From assembly GCF_006345805.1 (NCBI RefSeq), contig NC_042998.1, forward strand, positions 48,298,001 to 48,362,000: a DNA stretch of 64,000 nt, in the 5' to 3' direction. This stretch comes from Octopus sinensis (Eukaryota). Shown here in pieces: positions 25,651 to 38,511 of the stretch. The notes beneath the pieces were generated by a model. The model saw only the letters and a list, made by a program, of their open reading frames with translations, was not told the DNA's origin and made no database searches. Each line of letters begins with the position of its first letter. Position 1 is the stretch's first letter. Made by a program: the position numbers and the translations under genes.

Positions 25651-27379
25651 TAGCGCTTGATAATAATACTAACGTTTCAAATATAGTAACTTTTGATTAT
25701 CACGTACCAACAAATGACCGCATTGGTTGGAATACGTACAAAATGCCTCTCCGTATTTTACCACAAGACCCTAAGTTCTAAGTTTGAATGTCGCAAAAGA
25801 CGGTTTTTGCTTTTCATCCTTCTAATGCCAATAAAATAAATAGCAGACAAGAAGCCGTCTGTTTTATCCCAGTAAAAGGATGGCATTCTGCCAATGCCAG
25901 AAATCTATTATATAATATAATCGATACAGATTTGAGAGCTCTATCAATATTTCACTTTTATTATATCACACGAATGCGGCATCTCTTTAGATGTGAGAAT
26001 TAATACGAAAGGAAGTTAAGGTAAAATTTCTTGAATGCGCTTAGAAAATATTATCTATGACAATTACGGATATTAATATTGCTATTTGAAGGAACTGACC
26101 TATACTTGAAGACTTCTAAACAGATTGAGACATGTCTGAATTTGTCTTATACTAATCATTCGATTTTGCTTTCACTCTTTAATTTTCTGAATATTAAATA
26201 TGCCTTCACTTAACTATTCTTTATTACTTTTACATTAATTCCCTAACCAGTCTGTGCCAACAAATATATTTGTGTGTATGTTCACTCAGTGATTCGATCG
26301 TTATTAGTTCGACAAGTAACTGTATGTTTGCTCCTCGTTGAAGAGTTTCAAACAGAGCAAAACATCTCAACATGTGCAGAGTTATCACGGTCCATGTTTC
26401 GGTACCATGTAGCATGACTGTTCATAGACAAGTAGTGCACACTTCAACCTTCACTATAAAGAAGAGACTCTTTGTGTTATTTGCAGGTATATTAACTACC
26501 TGAACTACATCCTATTCTTATTCGAGCAACTATACTTTCAGAACATCCTCATTCACTGCAAGTCATTAACTGATAGTATTTTTATTATGCCTCATATTTC
26601 AGCTTAGTTTGCTTGTTTAATGTTCTAAATATCAAATATGCATCCAGCTTCTTATATTTACTGGCAATTTGTCAATATCATTTCAGACGTGACTGCTTTT
26701 CATTCTAATTGTACCATTTGCTAATGAAATTACGTTTTTGACGATCGTATAGCTAAATCAATGTTAACCTCCAAGATATCTTGTGTAAAAAATATAAGCT
26801 TCATTATTAAGTTAGCTATTAAATTCACTATTCATTTTTATTTTTTTTATATCATAAAACATGTCACATTTATTTTATTAAATCTGATAAGGTCTCGGTG
26901 CTCATAACTCTCTTAAAATTGCTCTGACGGGTGAGGCTGATGCATATTATGCTCATGTGAAATTTTCATGATTGATTTTGGTAGAGAAAATTGAAGCAGG
27001 ACAGTTGTCCCAGAAGATATCAGTTTGAATCATTGGACAAATAAAGCATTGAACAGTCAGATGAGTGAGGAGAATAACGCATAATAGGAATAACGAGATG
27101 TAGAGAGGTGGTTGCATTGGATGGGTTTCGACAGGTTTGATATACAGCTCGGCGAGTTCAGCAGAGTAGAAACTGATGCAATAGTGTTAGAAGAGGTTGG
27201 AGACGGACACACAATAGCTGTGCGCCAGTTGTTATAGTGTGTTTCTGTGTAAAATTTTGTCTATCAGTTTGATAGTTTCTTATATGGGAGACAGTTGGGT
27301 AATGTATGTGCTTGAATAGCATGTATGATTTTCGCTATCTTTTGCACCACAGAACTTCGGTGAGAGCAGTTGCACCATC

Positions 27380-27670
27380 GTTAGTTGTCGTGGAGGTAAT
27401 GATGGTGATAATGATGTTAGTGGTGTTGGAGGTGGTGATGGTGATGGTGATAGTGACGGTAGTCGTGATGCTGGTGATGGAGATAAATCATAGTGGAGTA
27501 ATGATGATGGTGATTTTGGTAGTGGTTAGTGGTGTTAGTGGTGGTGGTGGTTGAGGTGGAGGTGTTGGTGGTGGTGGTTGAGGTGGAGGTGTTGGTGGTA
27601 GTGGTTGTTGTTGCTGTTGTGGTGGTGGTGATAGTGGTGGTGGTGATGGTGGTGGTGGTGGTGGTGGCAA
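27380..27670. repeat. (GTG)/(GAT)/(GTT) degenerate trinucleotide tract
   Basis: Direct inspection. Confidence 0.9.
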
Positions 27671-28140
27671 TAATGCATCAAACTTCAACAAAACGCCACC
27701 CGAAGAACCGTCACCTTGTCAAAGTCAGGGTTAGCGATATTTCAAATGATCCAGTTTCTCTTATACATACATACACACATACATACATACATACATACAT
27801 ACATACATACATACATACATACATACATACATACATACACGTAATCATTCTGATTTAACAAAACAGAACAACTTCAATGAAACATTCAATATATTTTAAA
27901 AGTAATATATAAAATATATAAATTTCTTTGAATTTTGTTTTGTTACAAATCTGTGGCTTCCCAGTTAAACATGTAGATATTTATATGGTCCATATATATA
28001 TGTGCATGCCTATGTATATGTATACACACACATGCATATATTCAGGAGATTGTGGGTATATACATGTATCAGTGTAAGTGTGTATGTATAGTTGATAAGT
28101 GTATTTTGATAAAACTCTGAGCCCCAGGTAGGTATATTTA

Positions 28141-28187
<47 letters not shown>

Positions 28188-28343
28188 GTGGAAAGACCTA
28201 TCGTTCCCGTTTTTTTATAAACATTTGACTGTGCGTACGTATGCACATACGCATGTGTATGATATTTGATACATGCATAGATAATACATACATGAGTATA
28301 TGTGCGTAGGCACGTAGAATCATACATACATACATTCATACAA

Positions 28344-28374
<31 letters not shown>

Positions 28375-28384
28375 GTTCAAATTT

Positions 28385-28565
28385 ACAGAAAACAAAAGAC
28401 GAAGACAGGTTAGAGAACAAGCAAGTGTATTAGTTGACGATCGGGAAGAATGGATAACTCATTGACATTTCGAGCCTACGCTCTTCGACAGAAAGTATTA
28501 CAAGGAAAAAAATCGAGAGAAAACGAAAAAAAACCCCCAAAAAAACAGAGAAAGAAAAAATGTCT
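28385..28565 (-). mobile_element. Short hammerhead-motif element, family H1
   Basis: Homologous to 35610-35785. Minus strand reads CTTT-CTGTCGA-A-GAGC gtag GCTC-GAAA. Confidence 0.65.
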
Positions 28566-28702
28566 AGGGAGTGTATGTGTGTGGGTTATATTTTCAGCCC
28601 ACGTAAAGATAGTCAACTCAAGCCATCATAATAATTTATGGGTGTTATACTTTTGCGAATACGTTTCGCATTTGTATACCAATGTACTTTGAAGGGGAAT
28701 GG

Positions 28703-28900
28703 CCTAGAGGTTTCAGTTTCTAGACCGGGTAGTGTCTTTTGTTCTTGAGCAAGACACTTCATCTCACGTTGTTCTGCGATCGCTTCGACACCTGACGCGT
28801 GATACACCGTGCATCTGATCAGGTAACGTCGACTTAATGGACGAAGAAGCCTAATGTACAGCGCAAACATTTGATCACCATAAACAAGTCATTTATGCAG
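28703..28900 (+). mobile_element. SINE S3 variant
   Basis: gttcttgagcaagacactt motif, homologous to the 19590 copy. Confidence 0.75.
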
Positions 28901-29035
28901 TTTATTCTGCATGAAATTGCAGAACCGTCTTTCTCGAACTACGAGAGATTATCATCATATAAATGTGCAACAACACTAACAAGCCAGAATGTAGACAGCT
29001 CTGCCAACAGCGACCGTGTCTGTTCTAGAAATTAC

Positions 29036-29136
29036 CTTGCATGTATCATTGACCCAGGCTGTACCATTCCATGCCATGCAATTGACAGAAAATCCTTTGA
29101 AGGCATATTTACTGAAGATATTTGTTGACTCATATC
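29036..29136 (-). CDS. PKD1-like exon, first half of GPS (101 nt; YESTNIF...NCMAWNGTAWVNDTCK)
   Basis: Long pyrimidine tract then ttcag, gtaatt donor. Phase 1 to 0. C-x-x-W-x4-W-x4-C GPS signature. Confidence 0.92.
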
Positions 29137-29220
29137 CTGAAGGAGAGAAGAGAAAGAAAAAAAAATGAAACATCATTGAATAATAATTATTAAATTTTAA
29201 GAAGTTAAAATTATGAGAGA

Positions 29221-29255
<35 letters not shown>

Positions 29256-29494
29256 GGAGAGAGAGACACAGGGACAGAAAGGAGAATGTAGGGGAAGGGA
29301 GCGAGGGAGAAGCAGAATGGAAAGGGAGAGAGAGAGAGAGAGAGAGAGAGTGAAGTAGAGGGAGAAGACGAGTAGCAGAAAGAAGAAGAGGGAGGAGGAG
29401 AGTGAGAGAGGTAGAAGTAATAGGTAACATTTAAAAGAAAATTGTCTATATTCCAAGTCCGCTATATCTCTTTCCTTTTCTATCTTCCTCACTA

Positions 29495-29525
<31 letters not shown>

Positions 29526-29556
29526 TATATGTATATATATATATATAATATATATA

Positions 29557-29599
<43 letters not shown>

Positions 29600-30259
29600 C
29601 ATCGACTCATACTCACACACACATATATATTCTTTTTCTGAATAGTATATCTCGAAGCGCATAAAGCTATAAATAATGGCATCTAAATATTGGACTGAAA
29701 AACCTTTTGAATAGAAAAATAATATATATGTATGTATACGTAAGTTTTGTGTGTGTAAAATATGTATATAATATATTTCAGTTACGCACACACACACATA
29801 TAAAGATGGATAGATAGACAGACAGACAGACAGATATCCTCCCTCTCTCAGTGTCCTTATGCTCCTCATGTTTCAAATATAATTACTGAAGTTTGAACTA
29901 TTCATTGGTCTCTAAAATCTCTCCTACGTCAAACTTATCAATCTTACTCGAAATGTTATATTCCTATTATTGTCACAGATCTCAAATTGAACCATAAACT
30001 AAGATTTACACGTCACTTTTCTCCAATTTCAATTTAAGATTGCTGTTAATACATTTATACCTTTGATCAATTATGCACTCAAGTTGTCTTTAATAGTATA
30101 ACTCGAGAGTAAAACCGTCTTTAATTTCTCCATATATATCAGCCGAAATTGCGAGGATGATCCGGTTCTTGACTGAAGATTAGAGGCTTTGAATGACCCG
30201 TCCGTGTTTTTTGTATCGTCTATTTGAATGTTTTGCGTTCTTGTCCCATTTTGTATTTT

Positions 30260-30307
<48 letters not shown>

Positions 30308-30314
30308 GTGTGTG

Positions 30315-30351
<37 letters not shown>

Positions 30352-30904
30352 GCATATTTTCCAGACATATACATGCATATGCACACACGCGCACACACAC
30401 AGTGTCTGTGACTCGATTTCGAGCAATGCCATCACTTGATTGTTCTCTTAAACATGAGCAGTACAAATGTTGCTTTTCAATCCTTCTAGGGGCCTACATC
30501 CTTTTGCAAGATGGGCGCCTCTTGCAACAGGCGTTCAGAGAGCTTACCACTCGTGCTGAAACATGTATTAATTCCATCATAGAATTTTTCATATCAGAGA
30601 GTGTTTTTGTCATTTCCGGCTACATCCAGCTATAGCTTTAGTATGTAAAAATAATAAAGTTGCCAATAGAGATTTTAAAAACTGAGTGATACCTGTACCC
30701 GAAGCTTTTTAAAACGAAGAAGGCCCTTAAACTGAGCCATTCCCACTCTCTAAACAAGGCCCTGCTAATTCGAATTACATTGTGGACCACAAAATTTTTT
30801 TCCCACGAGAGTTTCAGACATACATACATACATACATACATACATACATACATACATACATACATACATTTAAGTATATACGAGCATGTCTACACATGCA
30901 AGTA

Positions 30905-31108
30905 CTGTAATCCCTCGACTATCACGGGTGTTACGTTCCAAAACCCCACGCGATAGGTGAAAATCCGCAAAGTAGACAGTATGTACTGTATATTTTATTA
31001 TTATTTTTATAATTTGTATATATTTATTTTATTATAAATGCAAAACAACACCACAGAGGAATCGACATACACTAAGATAATAAACCGCGATATGGTGAGG
31101 GATTACTG
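30905..31108. mobile_element. Tigger/pogo-like MITE
   Basis: TA|CTGTAATCCCTCG...GAGGGATTACTG|TA. CAGTNNTCCCTC-type TIRs with TA TSD. Confidence 0.8.
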
Positions 31109-31186
31109 TATATGCATGAGAATACATACATAAGACAAAGCTTACTAATCTGTATACATACATACATGCATACATAAATATATAGG

Positions 31187-31507
31187 AGCACTCCATCGGT
31201 TATGACGACGAGGGTCCCAGCTGATACGATCAACGAAACAGCCTGCTCGTGAAATTAACGTGCAAGTGACTGAGCAATCCACAGACACGCGTACCCACTA
31301 ACGTAGTTCTCAGGGAGATTCAGCGTGACACAAAGTGTGACAAGGCCGGTCCTTTGAAATACAGGTACAACTCATTTTTGCCAGCTGAGTAGACTGGAGC
31401 AACATGAAATAAAGTGTCTTGCTCAAGGACACAACGCGTCGCCGGGAATCGAACTCATGACCTTACAATCGTGAGCCGAATGCCCTAACCACTAAACTAC
31501 GCGCCTT
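31187..31507 (-). mobile_element. SINE S3
   Basis: Reverse complement of the 20181 copy. Confidence 0.85.
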
Positions 31508-31568
31508 CATATACATACATACATACATACATACATACATACATACATACATACATACATACAAAATA

Positions 31569-31673
31569 CCCTATTGTTGATGTTGAAATGCCATTGAAGG
31601 AGCCTTGGATCTTGGTTAGAAACCGATTCTTTCTCTATTGGCAAGAAATCTTGAAATAGAATTGAATAATGAC
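31569..31673 (+). mobile_element. Solo ~105-bp 3' terminus of R4/Dong family C between (CATA)n runs
   Basis: Near-identical to 33780-33880. Confidence 0.8.
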
Positions 31674-31794
31674 GTACATACATACAAATCATCACGATAT
31701 CTGGGACTATAAAAATCTGCAAGACCCTCTTAAATTTTAAAGGATGAAGATTAAAAGAAGATACTTTTCTTCATAACCTTACTACCAAAAATGT

Positions 31795-33880
31795 GACCGG
31801 TCACAATTAACTCAATGTGGCTAGACTACAAGAAAGCATTTGACTCTGTTCCCCATTTATGGATGCTAGAAGCCCTTCAACTAACTAAAGTTCCAGCGAG
31901 AATAGTCAAAGCCATAGCTGACCTGACTTCATCGTTGGCCACCATCTTGAAATTAAACTTAAAGAGTGACTGTATTATCACTGACAGTATACAGTATCAC
32001 AAAGGCATATTCCAAGAGGACAGCCTCTATGTGATGTTGTTTATACTTTCTATAAGTCCCGTGTCATTCATGTTAAGGAAGTCTGAAGGATATCTCACTG
32101 GCTCAAAAGGAAACTGAAATACCAAAATTACACCCTGTTTCTTTGTGGATGACTTAAATTATGCAAAAAATATGCATGAGATGAAAAAGAGCCTTGACCT
32201 AGTTACAACATTCTCAAAGGATGTAGGGTAGGAGTTTGGTTAGGATAAATGTTATATGGTTGCGAAAAGGAGGAAACTATAAATCAGACTAGTAACATCT
32301 CTAACAATGATTTGACTGTTTCCCCTGTATCTGACGAGGAATGTTACAGGTACCTAGCGATGGATGAAAATATATCTTACAACGGCACCTGTAACAAAAC
32401 ACGTGTCACTAAAGAATATTACAGCCGAATAAAGAAAATTTGGATCTCAGAACTCTCTGCATTCAGCAAAGCAGTGGCCCACAATGTGTTTGCAGTGCCA
32501 GTACTCATACCAACATTTGGGCTGCTTGATTAGACGCTTGATGAGATCCAACCCATTGATGTGAAAACCCAAAAAATACTAACAAGCACACATAAACAGT
32601 GACGTAGACCGCCTATACCTAAAACGAAAGCAAGGCGGCAGAGGTTTAACATCGATCCAAAATGCATTTGAATGTCACATCATATCCCTCGGCAAAATCT
32701 TTTAACCACCAAGTGTCGAAGTGCATCTCTTGACCAAGGTTGCATACATGAGGCTGATAACATCATAAGACTTGGAAGGTAACTCCTTGAGATACACTCT
32801 TTGTCTGATAACCTAGAATACATGCCCAAAGAAGTCACACGACTCTACCGCAATGTATCGTCAGATGAAAGGATGAGCCTATATGAGCAGAAGACTATGC
32901 ATGGATATGTTAGTAGAAAGCTCTGTGATGATAGTAACATCGATCATCAAAGCAGTTTATCATGGTCGAATAACCGGATTACTACCTCCCACTTTGAAGG
33001 GTATGCGTTTGCAATCCAGGAACAGGAAATATCAACAAAGTACCTGATGCACAAAAGAGACAGAGATGCAGGAAAAGCCGTAAAATGTGACAACCAAATC
33101 AGTCTTTGTGGAATTCACACTGAAGATATCACCCACATCATAAGCAGTTGTCCGAAAATGTCATCACGGTACTATCTATCGATGAGACATGACGTTGAAG
33201 CTAGGAACTCTATAATGAAATCCGTCGGAAGGATAATCCTGAGGACAAACAAAATAAGAACTCACAATATGGTAGAAGCCATAGCCACTCATAATAAAAA
33301 GGAATACGGAAAGAATGTACCAGTGAAGTCCTGAATGAAATGTAAGTGCAACAGACCTGGTATAATGATTTGGGATAGAGAAGAGAAACTGCGCAGTTGT
33401 GGAAATTAGCTGCCCATCAGATCAGTGAAAAAGATAATATCTAGGCTGAACTATTGAGAAATCTGCAGTTACTCTATCCAGATTACAAGTTCAGGCTTAT
33501 ATCTGTAATTATTTGAGCCCTGGGATATGTAAGACACTGCCTAAATACCAATCTTGAGAAATTAGGCTTCTCAAAACCAGAAAGGAGAAAGCTAATTCGA
33601 AAACTACAGATCCAATCCATCACTGGAACTGTAAAAATCTCTAAAACTTTCCAGAAATTTATCATTTAAATATAGATGAGTATGTCTAGTTATGCAACTA
33701 TATGCATGAGAATACATACATAAAACATACAAATCTGCACGCACGCACATACATACATACATACATACATACATACATACCCTATTGATGTTGAAATTCC
33801 ATTGAAGGAGCCTTGGATCTATGTTAGAAACAGGTTCTTTCTTTATTGGCAAGAAATCTTGAAATAAACTGAATAATGAC
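31795..33880 (+). mobile_element. 5'-truncated, degenerate R4/Dong-clade non-LTR retrotransposon, family C, with (CATA)n tail
   Basis: WLDYKKAFDSVPH, KGIFQEDSL, FVDDL, YRYL, FEGYAFAIQEQEI, HIISSC...RHD. Multiple stops and frameshifts. Confidence 0.9.
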
Positions 33881-34157
33881 ATACATACATACAAACATAC
33901 ATACGAACATACATACATACGTACATACATACATACGTACATACATACATACATACATATATACATACATAAACACATTCATACACATATTTAAAACATC
34001 GTGAACTCTCTTAACCCGATAAGCTTTGTCGCTTTGTCAGCAACCGGCTTGAGGTCTCTCAAGAACTTAAATTAAACACAGAAAAATCATAGATACAGAA
34101 GACATACTTCGAAGACCAAAGAAACAAGGTGAAAAAGACAAAAAAACAATTAGTTAC

Positions 34158-34605
34158 CCGGTAGCTGGAAGGGTCTCAGACCGACGTACATCGTGCCGTT
34201 CATTTCAAAAGTATCAACAGGAACACAAAAATGATAAGAATCACCACTTGTGAGGTTGTCTTTGTTAAACGCGGTTCTGTAATCAAATGTATCATTATTT
34301 GGGCTACTGTTCAACCGGAAATAGACCTCATAACCAAGTATAGCTTTTTTTTCCATTTGTAGCTTTATGCAGCTGTAGTCAGTGCTGGACCTGTACTGGA
34401 ATTTATGGTAAAACATGAAGGATTGATCCTCGGCGACAAACTTTGGTTTTCGATAAGGCATATCAGACAGTTTGTCTTTAAATTCTACAACGAAAGTTTT
34501 TTCTGATTTGTCTCGTTCTGAACTTAGGATTAGTGTAGGTGAAGTGATCAAAGCCGATCGCATGTTTTCGTCGTATGTTAAGAATTTTTCGTCTGTCGAT
34601 AAAGC
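34158..34605 (-). CDS. PKD1-like exon, GAIN-like region (448 nt; ALSTDEKF...YVGLRPFQLP)
   Basis: tactcag acceptor and gtaact donor. Phase 0 to 1. The YEVYFRL...P and YVGL pattern resembles the pre-GPS region of PKD1L proteins. Confidence 0.9.
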
Positions 34606-34769
34606 CTGAGTATAAACGGAGCAGAGTATAAGTTGCATAGAAGTTTTTAAGAAATCAAATAATTCAAACTTTGTAATAAAGCAAGATTATCGATAAGTTA
34701 TTGAATGCACACACACACACAAATATATAAATACACATACACAATACACACACACACACACACACACCG

Positions 34770-34817
<48 letters not shown>

Positions 34818-34819
<2 letters not shown>

Positions 34820-34972
34820 AGTTTACGAAAAAACAAAAGACGAAGACAGGAGGGTATACAAACAAACAGATATATTAGTATAACGCTCAGGAATAGAAAA
34901 AGTGTTTTACGTTTCGAGCCTACATTCTTCTACAAAGGGACAGAAAACAAGGAGAGAAAAAAAGGAGAGAAT
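34818..34972 (-). mobile_element. Short hammerhead-motif element, family H1 (degenerate)
   Basis: Homologous to 35610-35785. Abuts (TA)n. Confidence 0.6.
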
Positions 34973-34984
34973 ATATATATAATA

Positions 34985-35061
<77 letters not shown>

Positions 35062-35071
35062 CATACATACA

Positions 35072-35103
<32 letters not shown>

Positions 35104-35516
35104 CATACATAGGAAGGAGGAAGAAAGAAAGAAAGAAGAAAAGGAAGAAAGAAAAAAGGAAGAAGGAATAACGGAAGGAAGGAAAGAGAAACACAAATGT
35201 GGAAAAAAAGACAGAAGCTCAAGAACTCAGTACAATGACTTACAGTATTAATTTATTTTAAGGGGGAAATTGCCCAGGATTAGTTTTCCACTTAACTAAT
35301 TTGCATAAATCGTCCTGTTTTTAGCCATATGGGCATAGCCTGAAGATTACGCTAAGGCACTGGACGTGTTAAAAAATGCTGTCTGAGCTGCTTTCATCGC
35401 ATGAAACTAATAATAGCTTCTAAAAACATATATTGTGTTTATTAAATAATATTTATCTCTCACCAGATGGAGCAAATTTTTTGCTAATCTTAACCATCAC
35501 GGAACAATACACTATA

Positions 35517-35576
<60 letters not shown>

Positions 35577-35609
35577 TGTATGTATGTATGTATGTATGTA
35601 TGTATGTAT

Positions 35610-35785
35610 CGCTAGCCACTACACATTCTTTATTTTCTCTCCTTGTTTCTTTCTGTGTTCCTTTCTGTGGAAGAGCGTAGGCTCGAAACGTTAAAGACTT
35701 TTTCACTTCTCGAGCGTTATACTAATACATCTGTTTGGTGTCTGCACCACCTGTCTTCGTATTTTTTGGGGATTCTCCCCCTATA
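35610..35785 (+). mobile_element. Short hammerhead-motif element, family H1 (best copy; motif at 35661-35696)
   Basis: CTTT-CTGTGGA-A-GAGC gtag GCTC-GAAA-C-GTT^AAAG. Ends at (TA)n. Confidence 0.7.
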
Positions 35786-35811
35786 TGTATATGTATGTAT
35801 ATATATTTATG

Positions 35812-35850
<39 letters not shown>

Positions 35851-35938
35851 TATATATATATAATATATATAATATATATGAATATATATTATCTATGTGT
35901 ATGTGTATACATATGTATTTGCGTATATATACTATATG

Positions 35939-35969
<31 letters not shown>

Positions 35970-36066
35970 GGGTGTGTGTGGATGATGTATGGGGTATTGT
36001 GTCTCTGTCGCGCGCGCGTGTCTACATGGACATATTTTAATCACAATAACCATATTAAAATATTAC

Positions 36067-36297
36067 CTCCATAACGTTACTTTCATTTTCGAATTGTGTT
36101 CCACTTGAACCAGTCAGTTGAATACTTAAAGGACCACAACCGATTCCGCTCTTTCTCATCTTTGAATTCGATATCTTTTCAGAACACACGGAAGTAGCTG
36201 TTTTTGATTTACTTGCACGTCCGGTTGGGCTCATTGAGTTGATGATAGTTTTCAGATAATAATGAATTTCGTTCACAATGTCGTTATATTCGGAAGC
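36067..36297 (-). CDS. PKD1-like exon (231 nt; [14 protein letters not shown]...NVME)
   Basis: ttttacag acceptor and gtaata donor. 77 codons, phase 0 to 0. Confidence 0.85.
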
Positions 36298-36339
36298 CTG
36301 TAAAATATGTCACTATTATTATTATATAAAAAAAAAAAA

Positions 36340-36765
36340 CGGCAGCGAGCTGGCAGTATCGTTACCACACCGGGCGGAATGCTTAGCGGTATTTCGGCCA
36401 TCTTTACATTTTGAGTTCTAATTCCGCTGAGTTCGACTTTGCCTTTCATCCTTTCGGAGTCAATAAAATAAGTACCAGTCGGGCACTGGAATCGACTTAA
36501 CCCCTACCTCAAAATTGCTGGCCTTGTGCCAAAATTTGAAACCATTATTATAAAGGCGGCGAGCTAGCAAAATCGTCAATGCATCTGACAAAATGCTTAG
36601 CGGCATTTCGTCCGTTCTTAATTTTTGAGTTCGAATTCCGCCTATGCCGACTTTGCCTTTCATCCTTTCGACTCGATAAATTAGTATCAGTTGATCAGCG
36701 GGGGTAGATGTAATCCAGTTAATCCCTTCCCCGAAATTTGTGGCCTTGTGCTAAAATTTGAAACC
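36340..36765 (+). mobile_element. Two tandem SINE S1 copies
   Basis: S1 homology. They fill most of the 621-nt intron. Confidence 0.85.
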
Positions 36766-36918
36766 ATTCTTTTTCTTTTAACTGTTGTTTTGAATATTGC
36801 TCTGGTGATTTGAACCAACCTAGGAAGTTTTTTTAAAACTATTCGTCAATCCTTTTCAATACTGAACGGATTTTTAACGGTGACATTGCTCATGAAAAAG
36901 AACTATTTTGTTACTTAC

Positions 36919-36990
36919 ATCTTTTGCTCGTTTTTCAGAAACAATTATCTTTTTGACCGCCAGACATTTAAAGACGGCAACAAAATTAGA
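36919..36990 (-). CDS. PKD1-like exon (72 nt; SNFVAVFKCLAVKKIIVSEKRAKD)
   Basis: Pyrimidine tract then cgcag acceptor, gtaagt donor. 24 open codons, phase 0 to 0. Not in the ORF track. Confidence 0.6.
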
Positions 36991-37312
36991 CTGCGATTTC
37001 AATATTTTAACACAAAAGTAAAGAGAAACACGATATCACAGATATTTATTCTTGAAGAATAAAATGGAGACAGAGAAATGACAATTTTACAGGAAAACAC
37101 ACTTCTTAACACAAATTTTAGCGCCTTAACTCACACAAGTGTTAGCCAAAATCTTGGGGGGAAAAACGTCTCTTTTGTTAATGTCGCTAAGAATAATGAA
37201 ATTTTAAATATGAATCGACTAACAAGGAGATTGCGTGACCCAAATACTTGGCAAAAGTTAAATACTTCTTTACCTGGGAATTTCATCCAAGAGCAAGAGA
37301 AGAAATAAACAT

Positions 37313-37550
37313 ATCTCTTAACACATGGCTATGATGCTCCCCCAATACTTCTGCTTGTGATCAGAGATGCACATATGGTCAGCCACTAAAGGACATACTC
37401 AACTGGTTAAGGTTAAGCAAATGACAAACAAATCAGTGGTATTGAGCAGAATATTTGTTGTAGCCCAGCTTTTATATCAAGACAAAATAATGGACATGAT
37501 AACACTTCCATTCAGTTAAGATGAGAAGCCACGAAGGCCACTGACTTGTA
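37313..37550 (-). mobile_element. Partial, older copy of the ~555-bp AAT-flanked retroposon
   Basis: Reverse complement of the 5' half of 37958-38511. Confidence 0.75.
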
Positions 37551-37923
37551 TTATTACTATTATTATTATTATTATTATCATAATTGTCACCATAGATGGA
37601 GGTGTGTTTTTGGAGCGCCGTAAGTTTATGATTAATTGACTTGTTTTAAAAGGTTCTATACTGTATTTTGCTGTTTAAATCGTTTTGCAAGCCAGCTGCC
37701 CTGCTAGGGGGAGGGGGCTGACGTTTGTTAAAGAAAGCACCATTTTTGGGATGATACAAACCATTTTATTTTCAAATTACTTCCGTGGACGCCTTTACTT
37801 TTCATCCTTTCGGGGGTCGATAAAATAAGTACCAGTTGAGCACTGGGATCAATGTAATTGACTAACTCCCTCCCTCAAATTTCAGGCCTTGTGCCTATAG
37901 CAGAAATAACAACAATAATAATC

Positions 37924-37957
<34 letters not shown>

Positions 37958-37959
<2 letters not shown>

Positions 37960-38511
37960 GCCCTGATGCAGTACCAGGCAGTGGCTCTCATGGCTTCTGA
38001 TCTTAACTGATTGGAAGTGTTATCATGTACATTGTTTTGTCTTGGTATAAAAGATGGGCTACAGCAAATATTTTGCTCAATACCACAGATTTGCTTGTCA
38101 GTTGTTTGACCTTAACCAGTTGAGCATGTCCCTTAGTGGCTGACGATATGTGCATCTCTGATCACGAGCAGAAGTAGTGGGGGAGCATCATAGCCATATG
38201 TCGAGAGGGATTCTTTGGGATTTGAATAATTTACCTCTGGAAACATGGGTGGTTCTTTCAACATCCTTAAACAACCCTTATTCAGGGACCGTTTGAGCGG
38301 GATGGGCTACTCAACCTGAAGAAAATTCTAACTGGGCCCCACCTGCAAGGTCATGTGCTGTTTATCTTGATATGAGATCACCATGTCGCGCACATATGGT
38401 TGTGATGCATGTGCCTGATGTACCCTTATCAGACGGGTAGTCATGATGGGTGTATTGGGCTTCGTATATTTTACCCGTGTCACTTTGATGGCATGAACTG
38501 CTCTCTCACTC
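37958..38511 (+). mobile_element. Full-length ~555-bp non-coding AAT-flanked retroposon
   Basis: (AAT)n-atgccctgatgcagtacc...ctctctcactc-(AAT)n. No long ORF. At least 7 copies in the window. Confidence 0.85.

Noticed and set aside
25665-25712. GAAACGTT motif with an upstream GTGATAA on the minus strand (similar 3' halves near 4068 and 10395)
   Set aside because: 5' core not recognisable and helices do not close. At most heavily decayed remnants.
26290-26420. LHGTETW motif resembling RTE LYGSETW
   Set aside because: Too short and degraded to delimit as a feature.
30160-30200. CTGAAGA motifs at ~30171 and ~50677 as hammerheads
   Set aside because: Followed by GAAT rather than GAAA, with no consistent helix I or III.
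37078-37308. 76-aa plus-strand ORF antisense to the intron
   Set aside because: No domain similarity that I recognise and no expression evidence.
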